Numbered from the stretch's first letter, positions 22,807 to 38,107 are shown. The stretch is 64,000 nt of DNA from Schizochytrium sp. TIO01 (GCA_004764695.1 SMSO01000031.1:4254436-4318435), one strand, 5' to 3'. Translations and numbers: made by a program. The notes: a model not told the origin generated them from the letters alone.

Positions 22807-23249
22807 CAGGCAGGCAGGCAGGCCAGGCAAGAAGGAGGAGCTGCTGCAAACACAGACACGGAGAATCCACGCGTCTCAGCGGCAGGGCCATGGCGAAGAG
22901 GAGCTCTGGGAACATTTGGACATCTGCACGCAAGGCTAGCTCAAGACGATTGCATTTTGGCAGCACGTCTCTCGCGCTTCCTGCTAGTCCTTCCTGGTTG
23001 GTTGGCTCTTCAGGGGCGGTCATTTCACAAGTCGCGCCACCGCGGGGAATGTGGAATGAGTGATCAATCCTCTCGACCCGTTCGTGCGTTGCGCTGCTGC
23101 CCACGTGTCTTCGCGGCGGCCAATCAGCCGCCATCAATCAGTGCATTCTTCGGTCGGTTGATCGGCTGGAAACCTGAATGAATGCAAATAGGATCGTAAT
23201 TCGTTACTATTGCCGGATCTCCTTGAATTCGTCGTTCTTAACGCTCGAA

Positions 23250-24050
23250 TGCGTCCATCATGGGCGGCTTTCAAGCACTCTCACCGGTCAGAGGCTATCA
23301 GCTAAAATCTTTCAGCTTCAAGTTGGGTAAAAGCCACAACCTTACTCATCAATCGTTCCACTTTCCAATTAATTGGCAGTTTTTCAAAGTCTGCATCATG
23401 TAAATTTGTAGAACAAAGCCCCAAAACCTGAGGAATTTATGGTAAATGAACGCAAGCTGGCTGCTTCGTTGATGGCAAAATCGTGTACCACCTTCTCGGT
23501 TCTGACTGACCATCCAAATGAATTGATTCCTAGTAGATAGGTACATGCGAATGTGATGCTTGGTGCTAATGGATTTCTCAGGCACTTTTATTCAAGGGAT
23601 CCGTCTCGTCATATCTGAAGTAAATGAAAATACGAAGGATCTGTCTGGTGCTTATTAGTAGGTTCAGATCCTGCTTTCCTTTGCATGTTGGCGCGTCTGC
23701 ACATAAATAGATCCAAGATGGCGGCGCAAGTGCCGTTTAAAGACGCATGCAAGCTGCGCGTGACCCCATTGACGGGCTGCGCTCTATATAACATTTTAGG
23801 TCGTGAGAGCCTGGCCTGCATAGCGTTTCTGCCGACGTTTGGGCTTGACGGAGTTAGGAGATTTCTTCGTTTCATCTTGATCTTCGGGTTCAAGCTCCTC
23901 GCAGATTTCTCCTTCGAGTCTTCGAGATATCTACCCTAAAGATTCCATTTACTGCTGTAGGTCAAAGTGGGCTCGTTTCCTTCGGCGTAACTTTCGCCTT
24001 GCCTGCTCTCCAAGTCTTCAAGGGTTGACTTTTAAGAGTTACGGGCAACT
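23250..24050 (-). pseudogene. Possible decayed protein-coding relic
   Basis: Microsatellite-free block with stop-interrupted protein-like minus-strand fragments (RLEGEICEELEPEDQDETKKSPNSVKPKRRQKRYAG..., LHDADFEKLPINWKVERLMSK). Family not recognised. Confidence 0.25.
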
Positions 24051-25327
24051 TTGATCGACGAAGAGTACAATGAATCAATCAATCAATTCACGAGCAAGAA
24101 TCGAGCCTCGTGGCAATGATGCCCGTGAAGGGAGGGCCCTAAGTTGTTTCCAACGTCTGCGCGAGGGGGCTGCAAAGCGGGCTGGGAAGGCGGCTGCTTC
24201 CTACTGGTCGCTCGGCAAACATTTCGAAACCGCCCTCGCTCTCTCTCGCTCTTGCCTTGAACTCGATAATTGGCAAATCTCTTTCCTGCTTACCCGTAGC
24301 GATTAGCGCTATTCGCGTCTACCCCTTGAGATTATTTTTTCCAGCCGTTGCGAAAGTGCCGAGGTACCTCTCTTCTCTTCATTAATAATAACAGTAACAA
24401 TAATTATTTTTCTTAAAATTTTAAAAGCTAGGACATCATACTACATATTTTTTTTAACTTTTTTTTTAATTTTTTTTAAATTAATTTAAATATTAAAATG
24501 TAAACCTCAGGCTTTTGAAGTCTTTTTAATAAATTTTATGAAAAGAAGGGGAAACGGCCATTTAATTATGGATGGCTTCTTATTAATGAAATAATTAAGA
24601 TTAATTAGTTAGATCGACAGAGAGGAGGAAATGAGAAAGAAAAAGTGCTTCTGTTTGCTGATTGGTTTTTCTCACCAACATTCTTGCGATGCGACAGTCG
24701 CGCAAACACCTCGCTCAAAAGCAGCTGCACTGTGCAGCTCCTCCTTCAAAAGCCACTCAGAAGCCGCAGCAGCGCTCGCTTTCAAGAGTCCGACACGCTT
24801 CTCGAGGGAACCGTCTGCGGCGGGTCAGGATTGCACGGCCCCAAAAGCGCACCGCTCCTCCATGAAGAAGATTGCAGGAGTTCAAATCCTGACGGTGACC
24901 GACTGCGGGATGCATCAATGCATGAATAACGCGAGGCTCCAAGCTGGCGGCTGGAGGGACAACTGTGGGCCCCACTGTGGGGCGGCGAAAGACGCGATCC
25001 GTCTCGCGGTCACAGAGAGGCAGTGCCGCAGGAAGGTGTGCATGCACACTTCTAGGCTTCGGCTAGCGACAGTCCTATTGCCTCCTGCCTGCGTATAGAG
25101 TGCGTACAGGAGAGTGGCGGGCGGGTCTTTCACTCTCCGTCGGTTGGTGTCCTCTGTACCTACCAAGTATCTATCTATTCAAGCGAGTCATCGACTGCCT
25201 TTGCAAAGAAGCAAAGAAGCAAGAAAGCGAACTGATCACGCGATGGAGGATGCGGACCTCTGATTCGATTGTGATGCCTTCGCTCTGGGTCGGCTCAGCG
25301 GCGGCTTTCTCTCGGACTCGCTCAAGG

Positions 25328-25361
<34 letters not shown>

Positions 25362-28300
25362 CGTCACGCAGGATCGATCTCTCTCTCTTTTCCTCAGCGC
25401 TGAGGCGGCCGATCGCCGGTCGATGGCGTGAATCGAATCACGGCTGAGCTGCGCTGGGCCGGCGGCGGCGCCATAGATCGTGGATCCAGGTCCAAACCGT
25501 CGTCTCTTAGTCTCTCTTATTCTCTCTTATTCTCTCGTTCACGCGCTGCAGCGCATCCTATTCTAGTTGGCTCAGGCCCTTTCTTTCAACGCGTGCCTCT
25601 CTCTCTGTCTCCATCTAGGCTTACTTACGTACTCATGTACCACTAACTAACTATCTTCGAGCTCCTTCTTCTACCGCTGCTCCTCACGAGCAGTAGGAGT
25701 GGCCTAAGAAGCGCTAGCAGAGGCCATCCGGTGATCTGCTTTTAGCAATCCAGTCCCCGGGTCTTTCAAAAGGGGGGGACTCTTTCCACTTGGCCGCAGC
25801 TCCGGTCTTTGGAGCCGAAGTTTGCTCGGCTGGAGAGCGCGGGTTTCTGGGCCAACCGCCGCCTGCCTGGCCGCGAGGCCCTGCCTGGGCGGTGCGGCAG
25901 CTCTTACTGGCGAGGGGCCTCTTGCGAGCGGCCGGCAGCTGTTCCTGTCCTCTTCCCGCGAACAGTTGCTTGCTTCGTTCGTTTTAGTGAGAATACTGCG
26001 CCGAGAGACACCATGCGGCTTCTTTAAGAAGGCGTAAGGAACCCTCCCTAGCTGGCTTTTTTGAAATGGTCAGCGCGTGAGAAAAAAAGATGGGCTTCTT
26101 TCTGCAGGGACGCGCCGCGGGGGGCTGACGGGAGTGGCGTGGCGTGGTGAGAGGCAGAGAAAGCATCTCTCTGAGCCAGGAGGACGAACGGGCTAGAGTT
26201 GAGGGCCGACATGAACAGGTCTGGGAAGAGAATCCCGCGAGGAAAACAGTTGAGGAGGAAGAAGAAGCGCGAAATACGAGGAAAGTTTCGCCGAGACTGC
26301 AGTAAAAAAAACGTTTGGCTTCTAGTACTTTTTACTACCTACGCACTATAGATTGTCCGCCTTCTCCAATCTGCTGAGATTAAAAGACTTTTTAAAAGAA
26401 TGATTGATGGTCTTTCTATCCTATCCTTTCCTTTTCCTTTCTTTTCTTGTTCTTTTTATGTATAAAGTGGGAAAGTAAGTCTTGGTCAGTGTCAACTTCC
26501 TGCAAAAGTCAAGGTTTGTTTTAGACAAGAACGTCATTAGGTAGATATAGCCCACCATGATGCTGACTCGTTAAAACGAATTTATATCAATACCTACCAA
26601 GAATTAAAGATTGAATTTAAAATACTTGGATCTAGGATATTGATGCCTGCAAGATGATCACAAATGAACACTGCCTATGCGTTGTAGTGAGGAAGCTCTA
26701 GAGGAGGACCATCCTGCCCCCCCCCCCCTCCCAGCAACTCGGTGTTGATCATCTGTGGGCCTTTCCAACAGCGACTCATTTGCCTCGCCTGAACAGTGGA
26801 CTAATTTCATAAAACTCGTCGTGAACCTGTGCAGAATCAAAGGTTCACTATTGCACAAATAGCTTCGATGGCTTTTATTTATCTGTCTGGAATCTCTAGT
26901 AATGATAACCCATAGTCGGGAAGCAATTGATTGACGTTATTTGTGAAATACGATAAAACTCCATCCACAGGGTTACCCATTACTCCTGTATCATGCATCT
27001 TGGAAAAGCTTTCCATAGCCCTACAGTCCCAAACCACTGCGCTAAAAACAGCCAAAGCACGATCGTGCGAGTGAATAATCCTACTTGCAACAGCTCAGTG
27101 AACCTCAGTGAAGCTTCCTAGGGTTCCGCAATATCGCATAAAGAACCGTCACGGAACCGGAACCTTCCGTGCGTTTCGACATGCACATTTCGAGAGTTTG
27201 CCATAGTTCTGCAGCCGTCAAATCGACTCTGCTTAAGTGAAAGAATACAACTGACTTGGTTTCCATGTTCAACTCCACGAACTTACCACAAGTTAACCTG
27301 AAAGACAGAGGACATTTATGACCATTGCTAATCAATTATGCTCTGATCTACTTGTGTGAAACCTCAATCAATCAAGTGCTCAAGTTAATCAGTACCAATC
27401 GTTGAAGTTGAGCTATGAGCTTACTGACTTCGCATAAATATGGGCCAAAAGGCTCAACATGAGGCCAATACTCATAAGAGATACACAAGGCAACAGGGGC
27501 AGAACCAAGCCGCGTAAAATAACCATCTTTCAGCACATACGCAGGCAGGTAGTGGGAAACTTGCTTTGTTCAGTAGCTTGATGTAGTTCAGTATAATCAC
27601 GTTTTCGTTCAACACAGCTATTCTTAATTATCTTCATGCACAATAGTCGCAGTAATGATTATTTAGTCCTAAACCTCTCGTGGAGGGCTGTGTCGACTAC
27701 CGCCCAAAACTGAAATTGCCATCAAATGTGCCACAATACAACAGGCAAAAAGGAGACAAAAAAATAAAAAATTGCAACGAAAATATGAACCTTTTAAAGT
27801 TTATTATAGACAGGCAGGAAATGTCTGGGGGGAGGTGCTCTGTTCGCTTGGTTTCTTTCTCTCCATACTTCTTTTAGACGTTTTCTTCTTGGAAGATTAA
27901 TCAGATGTAGGATCAGTTGACACTGAGTGATGGAAATTGCGTGCCTTTGCATCCTAGATAGTTTTCGTTGTGTAGCCTCTTTTGAAACTTGTCATTCAGA
28001 TGGACAGAGGTATCGCGCGTAGCTTGAATCAAAGCTGGCGTGGGTGTGCCCTGATACATCAGGATAAACGCCTGGGTGGGTTAATTAGATGTGCATCATT
28101 GAGTCCATATTGAGCCGTTTTTGTAATATTAACAACCTCAAAGTCAATCCCGCCCTCACCCTCACTTAGACGAAATTGTCTCTGGCGTGGCCTGGAAAAC
28201 ATGCATCCCATATTGACAAACAAGCAAAGGGAAACTTCTTGCTGCTACTACAAAACGATACGCTGAACAGGTATGTTCGCTTGAAGGGCTTTAATTCTTG

Positions 28301-28564
28301 AGATTTGCTAGTTTTGGGTTTGCTGTCCTGCCGTAGTGAAGAATATCGATAGATTTGATGTCTTTAATGGGTTCTACTTGCAAAAGAGTATTATAGGTAT
28401 TCGTCATGTTCTTTTGAAGTAGGACTGGATTACCGAAACGTATATAAGGCCAATATAAGGATGTGTAGTAGGTAGGTAATGCTAGATAATGCTAGGTAGT
28501 GCTGGTATGTTAGTAGAATTTGCTCTCTCATTTGCTTTGAAGGTTCGCCATTGGAACGTGGAAT

Positions 28565-28678
28565 GATAGTTCGCCGATGGGACGATAGTTCACCGATGGG
28601 ACGATAGTTCGCCGATGGGACGATAGTTCGCCGATGGGACGATAGTTTGCCGATGGGACGATAGTTTGCCGATGGGGA
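28565..28678. repeat. 19-bp minisatellite GATAGTTCGCCGATGGGAC x6
   Basis: Units start at 28565, 28584, 28603, 28622, 28641 and 28660, each with 0-2 substitutions and no spacers. Confidence 0.95.
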
Positions 28679-31600
28679 GGATAGCTTGTGTGACGAAGGT
28701 TCGCCGGCGGAAACCTGTCTGCAGTTTGGCGACAGCGAAATACTTCGTAAATCTCCGTCTTCGTGCAGTTTGGCTTTGAGTTGACAACAACAAAAAAGTC
28801 CATTCAAAGTTTCAAAGTTGGGAGCGCGGGATCTCCCCTACTCAAGTAAAAAGCAACAAAATAAAATGCACGAACATTGGATATCACCTAATTAAGATGG
28901 ACGCATTTAACACACATTGGAGGGGCATGGCGAACTTTGATGAAGTTCTTCTCCGACCTATTATTTGGCTTCCTGCCACCAAAAAGTGACCTCACTTTGG
29001 AAAAGGATGAATGAATATACTTAATCGTGCAATACGACTGGACTATGGATATAAGGCACGCAAATATACTCTATGACAACTCTACTTCAGATGAGAGTTT
29101 ACAGGTTAAGAAATCCATCCCCTACTCTATATTTAAGATCTGCACAGCAAGCATTGAACATCATACCTAAATGAGTTTATTCTAGGCTATTATGTTCAAT
29201 TTCTATTGTGGTGTGATCTGAACAGAATACGAGTCTTGTTTATTATTTGTTTATAGGTAGAAGTCTATCTCCTAATTCGACGCCTTGGAAACTCTGAGGG
29301 ACTCCGACCGATCCTTACATGTAAAGAACAATTGAGTCAAAGCGTAACCCGCTTTAATTGTCCAGCCCTACAAACATGTATCTACTCAAAGGAACCATCT
29401 CTAAGCTCATAGTCATCAAGAAATACTAGGCGTCTTTATGTCTTTTTGCCTTATGTTAGAATGAGAGATTGAGAGGTCTTTCGATGACCTTGTGGTGATC
29501 AAGCTCTTTCTAGCTTGCTTGCGGGTGTCGTCAAGTGTATGAGCGTCTGGATATTATGGAAGCTCTTGGAGGACCACCTATCCTTTAATACTCGGTGTTA
29601 GACATCGTGGGCTCTTCGATGGCGACCCAATTGCCCTCGCCGGAACCTTGAACTAGCTTTATGATGCTATTTCAATGCGTTCACGATTTTTGCAGAATCA
29701 AACGCTATACATTGCGCAACTATTTTAGTTCATATTGTATGTCCCCAGTTGCAATATCTTGTGATGGCAACTCATGCTAGCTCCACAGTGAAGTCAGGAA
29801 GCAGTTTATCGAGATCAAATACGGAGAGGTGAAACACTATCTACATGATTATATACATTAATACCATGTATACTGTCTCCAGAACTCGTCTCTGTAGTTC
29901 TACGATCGCAGACTGCTGCTTCAAAGACTGTAAAAGCAACAATCGCGTCTGTGAACATTCGCCGTCCAGACAGTCCCAGGAACATCAGAGAAGATTCATA
30001 GAGTTGTCCAATAGCGCATAGAGAACCATGACGGAACCAGAATCTTCTGTGTGCTTTGATGGGTACGTTTCGAAATTTAGACCAGAGGTCGCTTTTGACA
30101 TTCGAGACTGTTCTACACATGTGAACTAAGTCACAACGTAGACTGAACTTAATATTCTTTTAATTCAATATCGCTCAGTGTAATTAATAGTCGTCTCAAA
30201 GGACAGAGTCCCACCACGGATCAACTCAATTCACTGCATATGGAACGTTTGATCGCTTTGTCTTAAACCTCAGTGGCTGAAGAGGTCAATCGAATCAGCA
30301 TAAATCCTGATTCGACACTCTGTAACGCTCTCTCTGAAGCTCTTTAAGATACTCCTAATTTTTGTAGCAGTTCTACGCGCTCAGTATTGCGACTGCCTCC
30401 TAAGACCGTTCAAGTTGAGCAGAACAATCTAAATAACCTCTTGGGACACTCTGAAACGTTTTTAAGAGAGTGTTTTAAACGAAGTGTTTTAAACTGCGGG
30501 TAGAATGCAGCACGTGCAAGTGCGGCTGCCATTTCGTGACCATTTACTTCGATATTGAACTGTTATTTAATCACCTTCGCCACTGATCACCCCTAGCTGA
30601 CTACAGTGAGTCTCCAGAAGCGCTTTAACAAGCGGAGAATCTACGCCTGTTTCTGGAAACCGTTTATCACACGCCCTCCACGTTGGCACAAACCAGTACT
30701 TACGAATCGCAAACTCTCCAATCGTAGAAGTGAGATTCGAAGTTAAGCTTCTATGCGAGACCATTCGTGATAGTCTACATACTAACTAGCCACAATCATA
30801 GGCTCTCGCAGGATGGTGATTCATGGTATTTAACCCGAACTAGTTGAGAGGCGCGCGAGAGATTCACAACTCCATTAGAAAGTCCTATCTACATGCTAGT
30901 AGTCCCGGGAGAGTACTAACTCTCCAGCTCGCTTGAAGTCGAGAGCGCTTCTTCGAGCGGGTTCCCTTTTAATTTCCAAGAGAGCACGGACTTCCATGAA
31001 AAACTCTCCACAACAACACTTCTTCCACTATAACTTAGAATTCAAAGAAAACGCGAAGAAACTACCATTTCTAAAGTTTTGATTTTAAAAATAGTTTCAA
31101 AATTACTAATATTACTTTATAATCACAATTATCCTGAGTTTGTTTTCATTCAAACCTGGCTCCAATGGAGCATGCATGATCTCCATAGCTACAAACAACT
31201 TCCATCCATCCATGATGGAGAGGATATCAATCCTCAATTCTGCACTCTCGCAAGGCTGCGCCGAGATTCCGAGCTCTTTGCCTGCCCGGCCAGAGTTCGG
31301 GTTGGCCCTGCCTGCCTGCCTGCCTGCCGAGCAAGTCAGTGATCGGCGGCGTTGTTGTGCACGGCGCTGGCGGCAGTGGAGAACCTTGCAATGATCTTCA
31401 GGACAGCGGAGGAGAGAACGAAACGGGTGTTCTTCTGCTCTGCTCTTGCGCAAGCAGGAGAATCTTCTCGAGGCTGCATCGAAGGAATTCAATTCACACC
31501 TCGCAGAGCAGATAAGACTCAGTCAGGCCTCGCCAAAGCTCGGCCATGCCTGAGGCAAGAGCCCGCGTTGATGTCAATCATCTCAGTGGCGGAGCGAGGA

Positions 31601-32527
31601 CTTGGTTGGGATTCTGTCCGTATCGCATTGGTTTCACCGACCTCGAGGAATGAATGAATATCTTTGGCCTGTCTTGGTCTCCGTCTCCGTTTTCTCGTAC
31701 TGTCTCGTGTGGCTGCCGCACAGAGAGAGAAGAGAGGCAGATGATGGTGACGGCGATCGCCCTGGGCGGGTGGACAGATGCGTCTTCGACTGAGTTGGAA
31801 TCTGAGGATTCGGTAGTCTTCATTCCCTCCTTCCCTCCCTCCAGAAAGAAAGAAGCCTGTGCACCTGCGTCCAACTTGGAGCTCCAACTTCAACTTCAAG
31901 TTCATGTTTTCAAGCGCGGCCTGCCCGAGTGAATTTAGGTGGTTCCTAGCTGCCCAAGATCGTCCATCGCCGTGTCGTGGTATCGTGCCGGCATCCGCTG
32001 CGATCGCTGTGGCCGTCCAACGTCAAGCAAGCAAGTTCCCTCCCGCCAGCCCGAGCCCTCCGGGTTGCAGGATCCTCGTGATGCGCGAGGCGCTTCAGTT
32101 CTTTCTCAGCAGCTGCTGCATCTGAACAAGTGCCGCTTGTCGAGACGCTGCGTCTGGCTGGGCTCCTCAGGCTCCGGCTCGAAGATCAATCAGCCAGCCA
32201 GCTTCAAGGTTCTTGACTGGCCTGGACACGTACCTACTTCGCCGAGTTCGTAAGCCTGCCCGTCTGTTTGTTGCCAGATTTGGTACCTCACAGCCCCTCC
32301 TCGAGTATTCGAGAACGAGCGCCGGCTCGGAAGATCTCCTCCTCCCAGGTGGAGCGCCCCTGCGACCAGCAAAGCCTTCATCTGCACCTCGCTCATGATC
32401 GATGATGGTCTGCCACCGTGTCCACCACCATCGCGCCCAAGTTATCCAAATCCTTCAGCCAATTCAAATTCCTCAATTCCTAAGGAAAAGACGCCCTCTG
32501 AAAGATCCATCCTTTCGCTCCTCCCTC

Positions 32528-32582
32528 AGTAAGTTAGTAAAAGTTAGTAAAAGTAAGTAAGTAAGTTAGTTAGTTAGTTAGT

Positions 32583-32630
<48 letters not shown>

Positions 32631-32655
32631 GAGTTAGTCAGTCAGTCAGTTAGTA
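32528..32655. repeat. Compound (GTAA/GTTA)n-(GAAA)11-(GTCA)n microsatellite
   Basis: Direct reading. Confidence 0.9.
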
Positions 32656-33692
32656 AGAGCCTCTATCCACTCACTAACCAGCTATAGTAGCTAGCCAGCC
32701 GCTACCAACTACTAGTACCTAGCTATAGAACAAGCGCCGGCGGTGGGGACAGACGCGCTGCGTCCAGGAGGGAGGGCCTGAGGCCGACCGCCTTGCGGGT
32801 CTTGGGCCGACGTAGCAGCAGCCTGGCGAGAGAGGACGGAGGAAGGCAGAGGGCTCTGGGAAGGGCGGCGGAAGGCCTCTTCTGGTGGGCAAAGATGCGC
32901 TGGAGAGGGGGGCGAGGCAGCTGCGGCGAGATCAGCGCACGAACAGACGCCGCGGCAGAGGCAGAGCAGGTTGGTTTGTTTGATTGTGTTGTTTTTCGTT
33001 TTTTTAAATAAAGATTTTCTTTCGTTTTTTTAATTTTCTTTCTGCTTGATGTTTTAGATCTTTGGTCGACACTTTGGAGGTAGAAGTAGAGAGCTCGTGG
33101 GTGGATGAAGAGCTAAGCAAAGGCATCCAGAAACAAGTAAGTTCGTGTTCCTCTGGAGGGTTTAGTTGTTCGAAAGATGTTTTGTTTATGAGTTTTACTG
33201 ATTGGAATTGGGTCAAGGCGGGAGTTCATTCTTTATTTTGTTCCTCTCTTTCTTTCTCTCTTTCTTTCTTTCTTTCTTTCTTTCAAGATTGATATTGATT
33301 GATTGAGGTTCGCGAGCTGCGGGGGTCTTTCGAGCCACAGCCACCGCAGATAGCCCCACAGCGCGGTGCGTGCATGGGTAGTGGTGAGAGCAGCCTCGCT
33401 CTTGAGGCTATGGGCGGAACGCAGCACCTTCGAGCGGATAGCTAAGATAGCTAAGATAGATAGACGGCGAGAGATGAATGAATTACTTATGCTGAAGAGT
33501 TGAAACGCGGAAGGGAAACAAACTTCTATTGTGCGTTGGCAAACGAGGCTGTCTGAGAGCGAGACGATGGCGTTGAGATGCTACTACTTGAGTTGGAGAA
33601 GGAGAGGAGGTACCGTGGCGTTGGAGATTTGAGGGCGGGTTTTATTTTGCAGGTTTCGATGGAGGTCTTCATCCTCTTTTTCCAAAATATGC

Positions 33693-33768
33693 CAAACAAA
33701 CAAACAAACAAACAAACAAACAAACAAACAAACAAACAAACAAACAAACAAACAAACAAACAAACAAA
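33693..33768. repeat. (CAAA)19 microsatellite
   Basis: Perfect 76-bp run. Confidence 0.95.
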
Positions 33769-34306
33769 CTCGAACCCAAACGGCAGGCGCGAAGGAAGAG
33801 AAAGAAGCCTTTTTGATCGAAGTTCTTCTTAGCGACGAAAAAGCAGCGCTCTGCCTGCCTCTACGCGCACAGTCGCGAGTGCGGGGCCATTCTCGCGTGC
33901 TCGCAAGCACGTGCAGTCTTCTCCCACTACCTGCGAAGGCGCCAGTGTATGCGGAGGGGGCGCAAGCGCTGCGGGGAAGAAGGTCCCCGCAGACCGCAGA
34001 AGACACGGTTACGCAGAGGGGGGACAGGTTGAGGATGTTTCTCCGCCAATTCCTCGCCCTGCACGAAAAGATAGGAATCTGCTCTGTCTGATCTTTTCAC
34101 GCCTCGTCTAATGGATGAATCTATCTATCTATCTATCTTCAGGCCCGCAGCCACAGCGCCTTCTCCGGCAGGAAACTGGAGCACCCCGCTAAGCGCAGCC
34201 TCCCTCCTCCGGCGCCTCATCCCGTGTCGAGTGTGCAACGGAGAGTGAAGTAAAGTCATCAAGTGAAGTGAAGTAAGTGCCTGCTTAGCGAAGAGTGCGT
34301 CTTGGC

Positions 34307-34365
34307 GTGAGTGTGTGTGTGAGTGTGTGAGTGTGTGAGTGTGTGAGTGTGTGAGTGAGTGTGTG
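34307..34365. repeat. (GT)n/(GTGTGTGA)n repeat
   Basis: Direct reading. Confidence 0.85.
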
Positions 34366-35269
34366 GTTACTCTCTCCTCTCAAGGCACTTGAAGAAAGAG
34401 GCGGCGCTGAGAGCCTCTGTGGGAGAGTTGGAGAGCGCGAAAGAGAGTGCCGGAATTCAAAGACGCCACAGCGGGAAAGAAAGAAAGACCTAGGAGGTAC
34501 TAGCTGGTTGTAGCTAGCTAGCCAGCTAGCTTATGCTGCTAAGACGCCCTTCCTCCTCGAGGTCCTTTTGACTTGCCAGCGCAGTCTCCTTTGTCTTCTT
34601 CGCTCATTTAATCACGTCAAGGTCTTCAGGTTTAAAATGAAAAATCCTGCTTCCAGGTTCAGTTCTAGCAAGTAGGTAGGTGGCAGTAGCGTTACGAGGA
34701 GGAGTCCCGAGAGGGAGTCGGAGAGTAGAAAACTGGAAGTCGGCGAAACAAAAGGCGCAGAGATTTGCCGGAATGGAGAGTTATCGTGAGACTCCCTGAG
34801 TAGACCCAAGTGTCCTGTGAGGCACCCGTGATAGCGAGGGGGCACGGGCTGAAGGGGGCTACAGTAAGGAGAGAGTGGCGTCAGTGGAGTTTCGCCGAGA
34901 ACTCTTCGAGAAAGAGGAAGAGAGGAACCGAGAGCGCCGTTGAAGAGGGGAAAAAGCAGACGGTTTAATTATAATTAATTAAGTAATTAATTACTTACTT
35001 ATTGATTGATTGATCGATTGATTGTTATTATTAAAAGAAGGTAGGTGAGAAGAGAAGCAAAGAGAGAGTTGAAGAAATAGTAACGAAGAATAGGAGAAGA
35101 AAGGGGCAAGAAAAGAAAAAAGAAAGAGGAGAATATTGGTCGATGAGCGAGAACGTGCAAATCCAAAACAGCAAAACTCAAACTCAAATTCAAACTACAA
35201 GAAGCGTGGCGTTGCAGAGGCAACAGCTCGAAAGCAACACAGAACAGACAAACACAGGAGAGGCAGTAA

Positions 35270-36661
<1,392 letters not shown>

Positions 36662-37600
36662 ATCAATGTCAAAACCGGGGTTAGTGACATTGACTTGTTG
36701 ACAAAAATCTGTATAGCTAGAAAACTCTAAGCAACGCTTTTCTTTGTTTTATTTTTTATATTTTAACTCCTTCAGAATTGTAGGATATCTTGTTTTGAAA
36801 AATCCAGGACTGAGTTTCGTTGCCCCATTTGTTGCTTGTTCTCGTTTGAAATGTCGAACAATAGAAATGCTTGCAGAATGAGGTTCTCCTTTACAAAAAA
36901 ACTCGATAGGGATTCAATATGAAGCTGTCTCGATGCATAGATTTCCACGATTTTACCTTTGCATAATCTATGGTGCGCGTCAGATGCCACCCTCGTCGCT
37001 GTACAACCAATACATTGTAGCTTCATTTTGACATTAGGTACCTTCTTCCCCGACCTCCTTCAGAATCCAGAGTAAGCGATCGTCACCCCTTCTACCTGAA
37101 ACTCTACCACTGCATACGTAGTAAAGGCCTCTAATTACCACGGTAGTACTATTCTTGCACTGAGGAATTCTCTAGACGAATGTAGGCTATTCTTAATGGA
37201 CCGGCCCTCAGCTCGATTATTTTTGCTTGACTTGACTTGACTTGATTCATGAAGTTGATAGGAAAGAAACATAACCCATTCCATCCCACAACCTGCGTGT
37301 ACTCTGATCGGCAGGTGCACGTTGAGTTGAAGGTGATTCAAGGATCGAAAACATCAGCCTAGAGCACGACGAGGTTTCAGAGAGCCAACTTTTTCTATCT
37401 ATTAATCTCATCCTTTGCTTCTTCGCGGACAACGACGGTGGATCAGCGCCGCCGCTGAGAAGACAGCAGAGGTAACTCTAGCAAGAGAAGCAGCAGTAGC
37501 TTCGTCTGGTCAAGAGACTCTGCTTAAGCACAGTAGCCTGCAAATAAAGACACTTGGGCAAAAGAAACATTGACATTGATTGAATTTCACGCAGAGGCAA

Positions 37601-38107
37601 ATGGGGGATTTGGAGGCTAGAGATAATAGCATGGGCGAAGATCTCTCGAGATCTTCGTGTGAAAAAGAACTTCTAGAATGGAAAATCATCGCGCTCGGGC
37701 TTATGGGGCTCATTGTGGCATTTGTCTTTGTCCGCAGCTTCATGCTCTGGCACGTGTACAAAAAACAACGAAAAAACAAGGAGGATCATCACGGATACGC
37801 AGCACTTAATGATGATGGAGAAGCGGGTGGAGAATTTAGTGATAGCATCAGTGAAAGCTCCAGTCTTTTCAGCCCCCCCTTTCGTCCTAATGAAGGCATT
37901 GACTTTCGGAGAGCAGCAGCAAATGTATCACATACCGAGCTATATCTCTTGACATCAGCAAGTACTGACCAGCTTCAAGCTCTTGAGCAGGCGGGGCGGG
38001 CCAGTCAGGCTCCAACCCCTACCAACCGGGACGGGCAGCAGGTAGGATACATATTACACAACCAGCAACGTCCCGCAGAGAACGAAGCCAATTCGCATAC
38101 CAATTAA
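37601..38107 (+). CDS. Single-pass membrane protein, 168 aa, unknown function
   Basis: First ATG at 37601. One TM (IIALGLMGLIVAFVFVRSFMLW), a basic stop-transfer KKQRKNK, and a cytosolic YAAL (YxxPhi) motif with an acidic patch. Confidence 0.65.
   Translation: MGDLEARDNSMGEDLSRSSCEKELLEWKIIALGLMGLIVAFVFVRSFMLWHVYKKQRKNKEDHHGYAALNDDGEAGGEFSDSISESSSLFSPPFRPNEGIDFRRAAANVSHTELYLLTSASTDQLQALEQAGRASQAPTPTNRDGQQVGYILHNQQRPAENEANSHTN

Noticed and set aside
14238-26166. Many 60-200 aa ORFs in the desert
   Set aside because: They translate microsatellites or GC-rich stop-poor DNA (SIYL, SQPA, LTHS runs).
28565-28678. CRISPR-like array
   Set aside because: Units are contiguous with no unique spacers, there are no cas genes, and the context is eukaryotic.
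34889-34922. Proximal heat-shock element for polyubiquitin
   Set aside because: Only TTCgaGAA is in phase; the upstream GAA is off by one base.
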